A stretch of DNA of 54,984 nucleotides from Thraustochytrium aureum (GCA_012862495.1 BLSG01000291.1:120105-175088); one strand, 5' to 3'; positions 1 to 12,533 are shown, numbered from the stretch's first letter. Numbers and translations are program-made. The notes: generated from the sequence alone by a model not told the origin.

Positions 1-130
1 CGCCAGCGCGCTTGCCTTTGTCAGGCCCCGTGGCCAGCGAGCGAGCGCTCGGCGGCCTGCCTGCTGGGCCTCGCCTGAGCCCTGGAGCGGGCGCTGGAGC
101 TGACTTGCGGCGCGGTTTGATCTTGGCGAG

Positions 131-1611
131 ATGGCGGCCGCGCCAGACGTCGTGCGCGCGGGCGTGGGCGGGCTGGAAGCGCCGGAAGAGGTGCGCGCGG
201 GGCTGGGCGGGCTTCTGCTCATCGTGTATGAGTCTTGCGTGGACGACGTCAAGTCCTCCGTCAGTGGCTTTCAATCTAGAACAGGTTTTGCACGAGAGCT
301 CTTGCTCAAGCTTGAAACTGCTGTTCCACCAAGCGCCCCGGGCTGCGAGGCCTGGGTGGTCGAGAAAAGCGACCTCAAGGCCTGCCTAGATGGCTCGTCG
401 CCTCGGCTGAGCGGCATCGTTGTCACCATAAACAAGACTTCTTCCGCGCACGACAAGGTGAAGGCCGTCATTTCCGACAAAACTGAAATTGAGCTGGGGC
501 GCCTCAAAGCTACACGCGTCTTTGTGCTGGTACATCAAGTACTTTGAACGTCGTTCAGCTCAGTTTCGATGAGGGCCAGGAGGAGGATGTTGCCGAGTTT
601 GTCAGTCGGATGCCAAAAGTGCAGTACGTCGTCCTCTGCTCGATGAAGCTTCGCGAGCTCGCATTTAAGCTTCGTCGCATCGGCGATCTCCAGCAAAGCC
701 CTTTCGTGTTCTTTTTCGACGAGCCTGTTTACGATGATGGGGTCAAAGTCGAGAGTATTTGTACTTTCGTGGGGTTCCTGCTCAGGGGGAGGATAAAATA
801 CATCGAAGAGGAGGGGCGATTGGCTCCGGGCGGCAACCCGGCGCCGCAAACCGAGCAAGTCGCTCAGGCCGAGTTGGCGCTCAGGCAGGCCTTTAACGAT
901 GCCCGGAGAGAGTATGAAAACGACCCTAGAACCGGCACGACAGGGCCAAGGCCATTTGTCCTGCCGCGCCCGCGCTTCGTTGTCAGCAATGCGTCGCTGC
1001 TTGTGCAAATGTTCTACGTCGAGATAGGCCATGCCGTGACGCAGCTTCGCCAGCACGTCGAAGGGCCCAGAGTTATGCCACCGGATGAGGGACTTCAGGC
1101 CTGGTCTCCAAAAGCATTTGCCTTGCGACGCAAAGCTTTTGTTTCGCGCGGAGAATCTCTCTTCTTTGACATGTCCACGGCGTATCTCATTGGCGCGCTT
1201 TGTGCTAGGCTGAGCCTTGCGCTGCGTTGCGCACCGTGTCCAAAGAAGGAGAGGAAGGGGAAGCGCGAGACAGCTACCGAAAAGGCCGTCAAAGTGCTTT
1301 GCAAGGCTTTGTGCGCGGCTCCTTGTGAACCTTGCCTCCTGCGATTCTCACACTCTGCACAGTGCGCGCACTTGGAACCCAACGAGGTCTGCCCGTTCGA
1401 GGTTGTTGCAAAAGCCTTCACAACTCCGAGCGACTTCCAAGTCATCCAATTCGTTTCCTTCAAGAGCCAGCTTAGGCGCGATGACCGCGACAGCAAGCCT
1501 CTGAGGTGGCTTTTCCACGCCATCCGCGACTCACCCTCGAGTTGCATCGCAAAGGAGAGCGTCTTCGAGGCCTTGTCTTCCCTTATGGAGGTAGACTTTC
1601 TCTTTGACTGA
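131..1611 (+). CDS. Hypothetical protein, possibly with a CHAT (caspase-like peptidase) domain; split into ORFs 131-547 and 544-1611
   Basis: Two abutting ORFs. They join in frame by a 1-nt indel near 540 or by a tiny GT-AG intron (530-558 or 539-558). The segment VFVLVH...YVVLCS...FFDEPVYDD...TFVGFL...AFNDAR loosely follows the CHAT His/Cys pattern (inference). Confidence 0.45.
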
Positions 1612-2620
1612 CGCGTGAGGCTGCGACAAGACTCATCACTGCACAAGATCATGATCACTTGTAAACAACCTCTCGTGATCATTTGAAAGCAATTCCCTTT
1701 TGAGCTACAAGAGCTCTACGAGGGCTGCTGTTGACGCCGTTCGACCGTTGCCAGCGACTTATCGCTGCCCGTGCACGAGAAACCAGGAATCTTTTTTTAG
1801 ATCACGGCACGGGCGTCCCACGCGCAGTGCCAACCAGAACAGCGCGGTCTCTTTTGCGCATAGCTCCTTGTGTCCGCGGTATTTCAATTGAACGATCGTC
1901 ATCTTTCTTGATCAATCAAAGGTTGTAGCACAAACTCAAACTCTCTACTGCTAAAAGTACTCTGTAGCTACAGACGAAGGCCATGCTAAGCCCTGTCGCT
2001 CATTCGAGCTCTGCAGAGCGAGAGGGGCCGCAAACGAGCCTCGCGGCGCGGGGATGTCGGCCAGCGTCTCGCCATGAATCTCAAGCAAGATAGGCCTACA
2101 TCCTGTCTTCGTTCGTTTTGATCGCCCTTGCGAAACGGTCAGGCCAGCTTCCATCATCACGGCAAGACGACACCGCCATCGCTCAATCGAAGCGGGCCGG
2201 CAGCTGGCAGACCTGCAAGGCGAGCGGCGCAGAGGGCGAGGGAGAGGCGCGGCGCTGGCGCGAGGGAGAGGCGAAGAGCGCGTTCGTTTCGAGCGCGTTN
2301 NNNNNNNNNNNNNNNNNNNNNNNNNNNNNNNNNNNNNNNNNNNNNNNNNNNNNNNNNNNNNNNNNNNNNNNNNNNNNNNNNNNNNNNNNNNNNNNNNNNN
2401 NNNNNNNNNNNNNNNNNNNNNNNNNNNNNNNNNNNNNNNNNNNNNNNNNNNNNNNNNNNNNNNNNNNNNNNNNNNNNNNNNNNNNNNNNNNNNNNNNNNN
2501 NNNNNNNNNNNNNCATTTCGTGCGCGTTCATTTCGTGCTCAACACGCTCGTGCCTGGTGGGTGGCGCAAACCTGGGTGGCCGAGTCGCGCGGCGTGCATG
2601 ACTGCGGGCGGACGCCGGCC

Positions 2621-4046
2621 ATGGCGACGCCGCAGCAGCTGCTGGATGCTGCCCTCTTCCTGCGCGACGCCTCTGGGGAGGAGGATCTCGGCAAGGTGAC
2701 CAACCTAGAGATCATTTTCGCCGACATGAGCGGGTTTGAACACTTTGGTTTACTGCAAAATGTGAGGAAGCTGACCCTGATCGATACCAAGCTCAAGCGC
2801 ATGGCCAACCTTCGCGCCATGGGGGCGACACTGCAGTGCCTGACACTAACAAAACAAGGGATCCAGCGGATGGAAAACCTTGGCTGCCTGCCAAACCTAG
2901 CCGAGCTGTACCTCCACCGAAACCAGATCACCCAGATCGAGGGCCTCGATGGGTGCCGCAAGCTTCGCCGATTGTGGCTGAGCGAAAACCGTCTCCAAGC
3001 TATCTCTGGGCTGGAAAACCTCGCCGACCTGCGGGAGCTCTGCGTTCAGGGCAACAGGATCAGCCGGCTTGCCGGTCTGGAAAGCAATAGCTGCCTTCAG
3101 GTCCTCGACGCTTCACGCAACAACATTAGCAAACTCAACGCGATCGACGAGCTCGGCCACCTCCGGCACCTGCGCCAGCTGTCCCTCCAAAGCGACACCT
3201 TCGGGGCCTGCCCCGTCGTCTACCAAGAAAACTATCGCCGTACGCCATTTGCTCACTCAAGCAGCTGCCACCCTCGATGGCGTCGCTGTGCAGGAAAGGG
3301 ACCGCGCCGAGGCCGAAGACAACTTTGTGCAAAAGACGCTCGAGTTCAACGACAAAGTGGACGAGTTGCACCGCGTACACCGCGACCAGCTTCGCATGAT
3401 CGAGATGGACCGCCTGAAAAGCATCCGCGACGCCGAGGAGACGAAAGCGAAACTTCTTGCGCAGTTCGCCAAGCTCCAGCAGGTCGTGTCGGCGGGCCGA
3501 GAAAAGGTTCGCGCAGAGCAGAACAAGCAACTGTTGCTGCGCGAGCAAAACATGGACCGCCTCAAGTCGCAACTCGTGGATTTGCGGCGACAGCACCGCG
3601 AGATCCTCGACTCCCTCATCGAGGCCGAGAAGCGCACTATGGAGCAAGAGGACCGCGCTTTCGCGCACCTTTCAAGGCGTGCGAGACTTGAGCTTAATGA
3701 GGCTGTGACGATGGCGGAGTTAGCGCATGGGCGCCGCTTTGGCAGCGAGGGTGATGGGGCAGGACTAGGCCCCCAATCTCTGTCGACTGAGGCGCATGGC
3801 GAGCCGTCTCCCCACGCTAGCGGGCAAGGCTCGGAGAGAGTCGCCTTCCAGGTCCTCTGCAACGAGTCGTCGGCAGCCATCTCCATGTCCAGCGAACTCA
3901 AGGCGCTGTGCCTTGCCGTCCGAGCCGCCCAGGCTCACGAGCCACGGCTCAAGGTCTATCGAGCGGCCAAGGTTTTTAGTGCCGCGCTGTACAACGCGCA
4001 CACTCGCCTCGTGGACGGGGCCGTTCGCGCTGCGGCGCGCGCTGCC
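2621..4046 (+). CDS. SDS22-type leucine-rich repeat protein with coiled coil, LRRC9-like (3' part lost in gap 4047-4977)
   Basis: ATG at 2621 (MATPQQ). Repeats LxxLxLxxNxIxxIEGL. The LRR cap ENYRxYAICSLKQLATLDG is restored by two 1-nt corrections near 3240 and 3266, and is followed by a coiled coil. Confidence 0.75.
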
Positions 4047-5264
4047 NNNNNNNNNNNNNNNNNNNNNNNNNNNNNNNNNNNNNNNNNNNNNNNNNNNNNN
4101 NNNNNNNNNNNNNNNNNNNNNNNNNNNNNNNNNNNNNNNNNNNNNNNNNNNNNNNNNNNNNNNNNNNNNNNNNNNNNNNNNNNNNNNNNNNNNNNNNNNN
4201 NNNNNNNNNNNNNNNNNNNNNNNNNNNNNNNNNNNNNNNNNNNNNNNNNNNNNNNNNNNNNNNNNNNNNNNNNNNNNNNNNNNNNNNNNNNNNNNNNNNN
4301 NNNNNNNNNNNNNNNNNNNNNNNNNNNNNNNNNNNNNNNNNNNNNNNNNNNNNNNNNNNNNNNNNNNNNNNNNNNNNNNNNNNNNNNNNNNNNNNNNNNN
4401 NNNNNNNNNNNNNNNNNNNNNNNNNNNNNNNNNNNNNNNNNNNNNNNNNNNNNNNNNNNNNNNNNNNNNNNNNNNNNNNNNNNNNNNNNNNNNNNNNNNN
4501 NNNNNNNNNNNNNNNNNNNNNNNNNNNNNNNNNNNNNNNNNNNNNNNNNNNNNNNNNNNNNNNNNNNNNNNNNNNNNNNNNNNNNNNNNNNNNNNNNNNN
4601 NNNNNNNNNNNNNNNNNNNNNNNNNNNNNNNNNNNNNNNNNNNNNNNNNNNNNNNNNNNNNNNNNNNNNNNNNNNNNNNNNNNNNNNNNNNNNNNNNNNN
4701 NNNNNNNNNNNNNNNNNNNNNNNNNNNNNNNNNNNNNNNNNNNNNNNNNNNNNNNNNNNNNNNNNNNNNNNNNNNNNNNNNNNNNNNNNNNNNNNNNNNN
4801 NNNNNNNNNNNNNNNNNNNNNNNNNNNNNNNNNNNNNNNNNNNNNNNNNNNNNNNNNNNNNNNNNNNNNNNNNNNNNNNNNNNNNNNNNNNNNNNNNNNN
4901 NNNNNNNNNNNNNNNNNNNNNNNNNNNNNNNNNNNNNNNNNNNNNNNNNNNNNNNNNNNNNNNNNNNNNNNNNNNNNGTGCGAGAGCAGAGAACGTGGGA
5001 ACGTGTTTCGTAACGGGGCAGAAGAATCTCGCCGCCATCAGCAGGGAACAGTAGAATTTCGGCCGTGAAACTCGCGATTTCGAGTACTCGCGACTAGTAG
5101 GTAGGCCAAGCTGTTGCCGAGTTCGATCGTAAACGGCGCAAACCCAGAATTCCAAACGCGAGAATACCTCTTGAACCCGTCGCTGCCAACCGAGTCGTCC
5201 TTTCCATCCGAAGCCCAAGCATCGCAGGTACTTACGTCAAAGTGGTGCCCAACCGCGCAGCACA

Positions 5265-6512
5265 ATGCCGAACGAGCAAACCTCCATAGCGCTCAGCGAG
5301 AGCCAAGATGTCAAGGGCTGGTACGAAGGCATCGAGAAGGAAAACGAGCTGGTCATTATCATGTACATCCGCGGAATTTGGTGCCCGTTTTGCGCGGCGC
5401 ACGCCAAGGCGCTGGCGGGCATAAAGGAGAAGGTCGCCCAGCGCGGCGGCAAGGTCCTCGTCATCTCGTCGCAGACAAGCGAGAAGGCCGAGGAGATGAA
5501 GGCGCGGTGGGGCTTGCCAATCGAGTTTGACGTCATCGGCGACCCGGACCACAAGCTCCTCAACTTTTTTCGCAGCTGGCTCTCGCCAGTGACGACCCGA
5601 GTCGTCGGTAAGGGCGGCGATCGCGTCGACAGCGTTGTCGACTACGGGTCGGAAGAGTGGCGCAACAACAAGTACTACAGCAACTACGAGCACGGCGCGA
5701 CCCAGCCCGCGCTTTACGTGGTTCGCAGCGGCAAGCGCGAGGTCTTATTCGAGTGGTTCATCGAGCCAAGCAGCGCCAACTATGGAGGCGCGACCGACCG
5801 GCCAGAGATCAAGGATGTGTGGTCGCAGGTCGAAATCACGCTCGACGGCGGCGAGGGCAAGCACAACTCGGCGGGGCTCAACCTCATCAAATTTCAGCAC
5901 GAGATGCCAGGCTCCTGGTGGGAGCTCACATTCAAGCACGACGAGTGGGCGTTTCTGGTCCTTGTCTACTATCGCGGAGCCTGGAGCCCAAAGTGCACAG
6001 AATACCTGGAGGAGGTCAAGAAACTCTGGCCCGAAATAGCGGGGGCAGGCGGGATTGTGCTTGCCGTGACCGCCGAGTCGCAGAGCTCTGCTGACAAGCT
6101 CAAGCAGGACCTGGTCCTCCCCTTTGAGGTGCTTGGCGACCCGCGCCACAGCCTATTGCGGTTTTTGCGCCAGAAGACTGGCAAGACGATCGCTGTCATC
6201 CAGGGCAAAGGCGGTGACGAGGGCTACGACACGGCCAAGGACAAGGACCACAACATGTTCAAGTTTTATGAGCACGGCGTCGCAGAGCCTGGGCTTCACT
6301 TCTTGCGCAAGGATTTCGTGAGCGGGTTTTCCTGGAATGCAACCCCGACATCGGAGAATGGCAACGGCGTCATCGGCCGACCGAGCTTTGCGAATGTCTG
6401 GGCAGCCGTGCGCCAGCGCGGCAAGGCGCTGCACCAAGCGAAGGAGCGCTCGGGGGACGCGCCTCGGATCGGCATCGTGCGTCAAGCGAGTGGCGAGAGG
6501 CTCACCGCCTAG
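5265..6512 (+). CDS. Tandem AhpC/TSA (peroxiredoxin-like redoxin) double-domain protein
   Basis: Intact 415-aa ORF with an internal duplication: YIRGIWCPFC...GDP...HGATQPA...DRP and YYRGAWSPKC...GDP...HGVAEPG...GRP. Confidence 0.85.
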   Translation: MPNEQTSIALSESQDVKGWYEGIEKENELVIIMYIRGIWCPFCAAHAKALAGIKEKVAQRGGKVLVISSQTSEKAEEMKARWGLPIEFDVIGDPDHKLLNFFRSWLSPVTTRVVGKGGDRVDSVVDYGSEEWRNNKYYSNYEHGATQPALYVVRSGKREVLFEWFIEPSSANYGGATDRPEIKDVWSQVEITLDGGEGKHNSAGLNLIKFQHEMPGSWWELTFKHDEWAFLVLVYYRGAWSPKCTEYLEEVKKLWPEIAGAGGIVLAVTAESQSSADKLKQDLVLPFEVLGDPRHSLLRFLRQKTGKTIAVIQGKGGDEGYDTAKDKDHNMFKFYEHGVAEPGLHFLRKDFVSGFSWNATPTSENGNGVIGRPSFANVWAAVRQRGKALHQAKERSGDAPRIGIVRQASGERLTA

Positions 6513-7293
6513 TCGCACCCTGCGCCCTTCGGGTCCTCTTCCTTTGTGGGCGGGCGTGGAAACCGGCTAAAGAGAATTTGCCCATGATCAGTCGTCGTTG
6601 CCTGAGCTAGAACAGGAATCCACCGACGTTGCGGGCCATCCACCGGGGCTACGAGACAGCGATGTTCCGATGATGGCAGCAGCCAGCGTGCGTGAGTCTC
6701 GTCCATCTTCCCGTCCAGTTGCTCGTAGACAACACAACACGCCCATGCCGCCACAGCCTGACGTGCACCTCAGGCAGCGCCAACAGGCGTCTCGAGTCAA
6801 GCAATTGTTCAAACAAGAGCCGCGCGCATGCCAAGCGAGCTCGTTTCAGTNNNNNNNNNNNNNNNNNNNNNNNNNNNNNNNNNNNNNNNNNNNNNNNNNN
6901 NNNNNNNNNNNNNNNNNNNNNNNNNNNNNNNNNNNNNNNNNNNNNNNNNNNNNNNNNNNNNNNNNNNNNNNNNNNNNNNNNNNNNNNNNNNNNNNNNNNN
7001 NNNNNNNNNNNNNNNNNNNNNNNNNNNNNNNNNNNNNNNNNNNNNNNNNNNNNNNNNNNNNNNNNNNNNNNNNNNNNNNNNNNNNNNNNNNNNNNNNNNN
7101 NNNNNNNNNNNNNNNNNNNNNNNNNNNNNNNNNNNNNNNNNNNNNNNNNNNNNNNNNNNNNNNNNNNNNNNNNNNNNNNNNNNNNNNNNNNNNNNNNNNN
7201 NNNNNNNNNNNNNNNNNNNNNNNNNNNNNNNNNNNNNNNNNNNNNNNNNNNNNNNNNNNNNNNNNNNNNNNNNNNNNNNNNNNNNNNNNNNNN

Positions 7294-10104
7294 GCGCTGA
7301 CCCTCCTCGAGCGGCAGGTCCTCGACGTGCTCAAGATGCTCGTGCAGGCGAGCGCGCGTCAGGCCAAGGCCCTGGCGACCGCAGTGTCGTCGCTGATGAA
7401 CAGCATGCTAAAGGTGCGCGAGATCAACCTCGGTGGCCTTGGGAGCGCGGGCCCGGTCCCGGTGCAGCCCGTGGCGCGGGCCGCTGCGGCGGCCGTCATC
7501 CGCGTGCACGACATGCGCAGGGCTGAGGAGGCCAAGCACAAGGCAAAAGAGGAGGAGCTTGCCGTGAGCGCCGCGCTTGCCGCGGGCAACACTGCTGCCG
7601 TCTCGAACCTCGCGCAGGGCGCCGCGCGAGTTGCAGAGCTGGAGACAAGCGTCCTGCCGCTGCTCCCGCGCGGCGACGCGCTGCAGCTAAACAGAGCGGG
7701 AAACTGAGCACGGGGGACTCGCGCGCCTCTTTCGCTTGCGCGACAGCGGCCGCAAGTTGGTCGACCTAACCGATCGCTGCCTCGAGTTGAGCGCCATGGG
7801 AGGTTCCGGGGCCGGGGCTGTGGAAGCGGCCCAGCCCATTCACGCCAAGCTGGCCGCTCTTGGCGTCCCGGACGTCGACGCGCTCATCGCGGGGACCCGC
7901 CAGCGCGTCAACGCGCTCAAGACCGCAGCCCTCAACGCCACCAAGACGCTCCAGGAGGCGGTCAGCCAAACCCCGCCCGACGCACAGACTGCCCAAGCGC
8001 GCATCCAAGTCCTCAAGGCCGACCTTGGCCAGTACAAGGAGCAGCGCCGCGAGCTGATGGTGCAGCTGGAGGACCTCGACCGAAAGATTGTCGCGCACAG
8101 CGACGAGCTGCGTCGCCTCGATCTCTCCCTCAACTCGGTGCAGGCCGAAGTGGAGCGCGAGGAGGAGCGACTCCGCGAAGAAGCGAACAAGAGCGTGGGA
8201 GGCGTTGTTTTCGAGGAGATGAAGCTCGCCGCCCTCGCCAGCCTCAAGCACTTTAGCGACGTAATGCTTGAGACCGTTTCCGCAGTCAGCCCCGCGCCGG
8301 AGGCGCCATCCGCGACGGGCCCGCCAGCGTTCAGGTACGCGACCAACCCGGTGCACGAGTGGCGCATCCGCCACATGCTCGCTGCCGAGCGCTATCTCGG
8401 TGTCGAGGCGGCCTGCGTTGACCTCCTCCAGCACCGCTCCACGGAAGCGGCCAGCAAGGTCGTCGAGCTTCGCGGCAAAATAACCAACTTGATCTCGCTC
8501 AACATGCCGACGCTCGCGGATGAGGCTCGCGCGCGCATCACGCAGGAAACAGAGCGTCAAATTGAGGACTTGAGCGCCATCGAGGCGCTCAAGGCTAGTG
8601 CGAAGCGCGCAATCGAGCAGCTCCTGGCGGTCTTTCGGGAGGCGCGCAAGGACCGCTCGTTTGTGTTCCCGCCGTTTGTGGCTGCGGCTCTCCACCGAAG
8701 TGTCGACCACGCCGCCAAGCTTGGGTTTTCGGGCGTGTTCTCGAGAGAGGCTCTCCCTGTGCCCCCGCCGGCCAACTCGCCGCTCGCGCTCGACCCAGCG
8801 GCTGCCTCGCTTTTGGTGCCGCCCGAACAGCCCGCTGCGCAAGTCGCGCTCAGCGCGACGCGTCAAGAACCCGCCGAGCAGGCCAAGCCGGTCTTGCCCC
8901 CGCCAATCCCGCGGTCGAAGCCGGTCATGGCGCCAGCGCCAGTCCCCGTTGCGCCGCCAAAGCCTGCTGCGCCGCGCCCGGCGCCCCGTGGATGGGGCTC
9001 CGTGCCCAGTGCGCCGGCGGCGGCCTCGTTTGCACAAATCCAAGCCGAGCAGGTCAAGACGGAAGCCCCTACGGAACCTGCGGCGCCTGCTGCGAAGCCC
9101 GTGCAAGTCGGTGGCAGCTCCCCTCCGGAACCCGCCGCTGTCGAGGCGGTGCAGGGGGGCGTCCACGATGTCAACGACAACGACGGCAAAGAGGAGGTGG
9201 AGGTACACGCTGATGCCGACGAAGAAGATCAAGCAGAAGGCGGCAGTGCGGAGGAAGTACGAGCTCCTATCGAAGAAGAGGAAGAGCAAGCGGGCGACGT
9301 TGGCGAAGAGCAAGTGGTGCAAGCAGCCGTCCAAGGTGAGGGCGAAGGCGACGACGGAGACGAGGCTCCAACTGTTGTGCCTTGTGGAAACGGCACTCAC
9401 CAAACGCCGAGCGTGGCCGCGGACATCCCTGTCCCCGCCAAGTATACCGACCCGGAGACGGCCGTTTTTGAAGACGACCCCGCGCTCGGCAGCGAGTGCC
9501 CCTCGATGGCCGGGCTAGAGTTTTTCAACGGGGATGCGGTTCACGTGGGCAAGGGCCGTCCTGTCGTGATTACCTTCTACAGCAAGCTCAACAAGAGCGA
9601 CATTTGCACTCTGAGCCTGCTGACTCGCATCAAGAACGGGCTCCCGGAGAACACGGTCGACTTTGTCGGCGTCTCGCGCGACAGTGATGCCAAGCCGGAC
9701 GCCTTCCTGGCAAAGTACCAGGGCACGTTTATGGCCGAGTCCCCGGCGCCGAACAACGACGAGTCGCTTAAAACGGTCAACGTAGGTTCCCGCTCGCCTT
9801 TGACGCCGACTCGGCCTTTAATGCGGCTCTCAAGTCGGCCATGAAGAAGGCTGTCCTCGGCGTGGGCATGGTGATCGTCGTTGACGGGAGCGGGGTGATC
9901 CGCTGGTACGAGCACTTCATCCGCGGCGTCAACCCGGCGGACCAGTTCGAGTACCAGCTCAAGTGTGTTGTGGAGGGGCGCAAGCTCGTCTCGAACGGCC
10001 CTGCGCCGCAAGTCGAGGACGACGAAGAAGAGCTTGGCGGAGAGGGCGAAGGGGGCATCCCCGACGACGTAGACGTCTTTGCGGCCAGCGGCGACGCATA
10101 CTGA
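7294..10104 (+). CDS. Coiled-coil / Pro-rich / acidic protein with C-terminal thioredoxin-fold (TlpA/redoxin-like) domain; 5' end in gap
   Basis: ORFs 7294-7707, 7736-9844 and 9841-10104 join through a probable intron (acceptor gacag near 7747, donor unclear) and a 1-nt shift near 9787, giving VDFVGVSRD...FPLAFD...MVIVVDGSGVIRW, a redoxin-fold pattern. Confidence 0.65.
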
Positions 10105-10414
10105 CCGTGTGCTGGCTAGGTCAACGCGGCTTTCGCCGCCTCGCTGCGGGCTAGTTGAAGTAGAATTGCGCGGCACTGAATGCTTGCAATCCCTTCCGTT
10201 TCGCTTGTGCGCGCTTACCTTGTGCAAGCAAGACACGATCTGGCGCGGGACGCATTTTCGTTTTTTTTCATGATCTTTCTCAATTGATCAAAAACCAGCG
10301 AGCGCCGCGGCGCGCGGGCGCCCATCGCTTGCGAGAAAGCGCGATCCGCGGCGCAATGCAGCGGGATCCTTCGTTCAAGATCCACAAGCGGCGGCTGGCG
10401 TCCAGAAGCGCTGA

Positions 10415-11175
10415 TCACGAGTGGCGCGGGCCGTCCGGCATCTGGAGGTCTGCACGTGGTGTTTGCCCCAGGCGAAGCAGGCAAAACGTCAGTAAAGTAC
10501 TCGAGAGCTGCGACGGGCATTTTCCCTCCGCAAGCACACCTTCGGAAGGCACTTACACTTGGGGAGCGCTGAAGAGGAGGAAGACGAAGCCGGGCCGCAA
10601 GCGTGTCGTCAGAAAGTGGCCGATTAAAAAACCTGCGCTGCAGAGCCGACAAGCAAGCCAGCCAGCCGAACGTACAGTCGGAGACGTCAACGATGCGAGA
10701 GTCGTAGAAGATGTGCTGCTTCGGAGCGTACACGTCCGCGATGGGGTCCTGCGAGAGACCAATAGGCAGTGCGTACACGCCAAGGACCGGGCGGGCGTCT
10801 TCGGCGATGTACGAGCCGCACTTGTTGCAGTACCTGCGCGGCACCTTGGAGTTGGGCGGCGTGTAGTCCCGGATGTTGGCCTCGCCGTGGAATACGACGT
10901 TCTCAGGCTTGAAGGCCGCGGCGCCCACGAAAGCGGCGCCGCCCGAGCGCCGGCACAAGCTGCAGTGGCACTGCGTCACACAACCACGTCGCGTCAGCGC
11001 CCAGGAGCGCCGCAGCCTCCACCAAAAGCTCAAAGCATACTTACTAAAATGTCACCGCGGGTTCGCCGATGCCTTCCCAGCTCGTCGCGCCGCAGTGGCA
11101 CCGGCCGACCAACTTGGACACGGCGCACTCGTTGGCCGACAGGTGGCCCGCCAACTTGTCGACTCTGCAAGCCAT
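10415..11175 (-). CDS. GFA / CENP-V family Zn protein with N-terminal PTS2 (exons 11175-11045, 10970-10676, 10568-10557, 10449-10415)
   Basis: Spliced product MACRVDKLAGHL...GRCHCG...YCHCSLCRR...YCNKCGS...HIFYDSRIVDVSDSLPKYLQMPDGPRHS*. All GFA Cys motifs are present and the introns are GT-AG with CTGAC. One base must be added at the exon 1/2 junction. Confidence 0.85.
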
Positions 11176-11792
11176 CCTCTTGCCGCCGTAAGCCAAACGC
11201 TTGCGATGCCTGCTTCTCTTCGCTCGTAGCTGCTCGTTGTCGCTCTGCGTCGCGTTCGGGCTCTGCCGCCATCGAGGAGCGGGCTGCGAGACCGGCTGAG
11301 ATAGGACGACCGGGCGAAACCTTTTCCCAGCGAATCAATTACCAACTTTTTTAATGCACGAAATACCTTCGCTAAACGTCATACACAGCAGAACTTGCAG
11401 AAATAAAGTCCATGTCTGCCCTCTGCAGCCCCGATCCCGCACAGCGACCAGCGCAGCGACCGGCGCAGCGACCGGCGCCCGCCAAGACCCCAGATTCTTC
11501 GGCGCCACCAGCCCCGCCCTGCATTCGATGCCCGCACCAAGCAAGCCCAACGACGCGCTGCCTGCTGCACGTGCTGGGCATGAATGCAATCGGCTTGGCC
11601 TGCGCTGGTACAAACAGATGGGCGTCAAGACCCCGAGTTTCGCGTTAGAAACCGCCGTGACGGAGATCGCCTTGGCGCCTTTTCCTGACACGACACGAGA
11701 AAACATTACTAGGAGTCACTAGGTCGGGACGAGCGATCAGTGCCTGGCACGACAGGCAGGCAACCAGGCCTTTCAGGACCGAACACTCCACC

Positions 11793-11888
11793 TCAATCTT
11801 CGTCCGTCTGTTTCGTCAATCTTCGTCCGTCTGTTTCGTCAATCTTCGTCCGTCTGTTTCGTCAATCTTCGTCCTTCTGTTTCGTCAA
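11793..11888. repeat. 23-bp minisatellite, (TCAATCTTCGTCCGTCTGTTTCG) x4
   Basis: Four head-to-tail copies with no spacers; one mismatch in copy 4. Confidence 0.95.
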
Positions 11889-12533
11889 GAGGTTGCTCGG
11901 TGCAACAACAAGAGTTTCGATTCCCAGGCGATCGACAACCATTTTGCCGCGGGCGTTTCGTGTCAACATCGGAATGCCTCAGGCTTCTGGCTGTGATTGC
12001 AGTGCCTACGAGACCGCTGAGGAGTCTCTTCAGCACGCGGGTTCTGTCGTGCGCAGAGATGTCCCGTTCCAGATGGAGGAGTAGAAAATGGGTCTCAACA
12101 AACTGCAGAGTGGACCGACTCGTAGCAATGCGAGCATCCAGGAACGAGCCATCGGCGACGCGGCCGCTGCAAGTGCTGCTCCGTTGCGAACTACCTTCGG
12201 GTCCAAGTAAACTGCAGCCCATCGAATCTGAAGTGGGCGACGAGGCGGAGGCTGACTCACAGACATTTGTATCCATTTTTCATGAGCGGGCCGACTCGTA
12301 GAGTGCGCGAGCAACCGACACTATCACGTTGAANNNNNNNNNNNNNNNNNNNNNNNNNNNNNNNNNNNNNNNNNNNNNNNNNNNNNNNNNNNNNNNNNNN
12401 NNNNNNNNNNNNNNNNNNNNNNNNNNNNNNNNNNNNNNNNNNNNNNNNNNNNNNNNNNNNNNNNNNNNNNNNNNTTGAAGAAAAATACCTTCAAGTTGCT
12501 GTACTTTACACGTTGCTGTACTTTACAAAGTTG

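Noticed and set aside
11793..11888. 23-bp direct repeats as a CRISPR array
   Set aside because: The copies abut with no spacers, no cas genes are present, and the context is eukaryotic. It is a minisatellite.
11890..12333. Possible gene or mobile-element remnant between the minisatellite and the gap
   Set aside because: Only short ORFs with no recognisable motifs are present.
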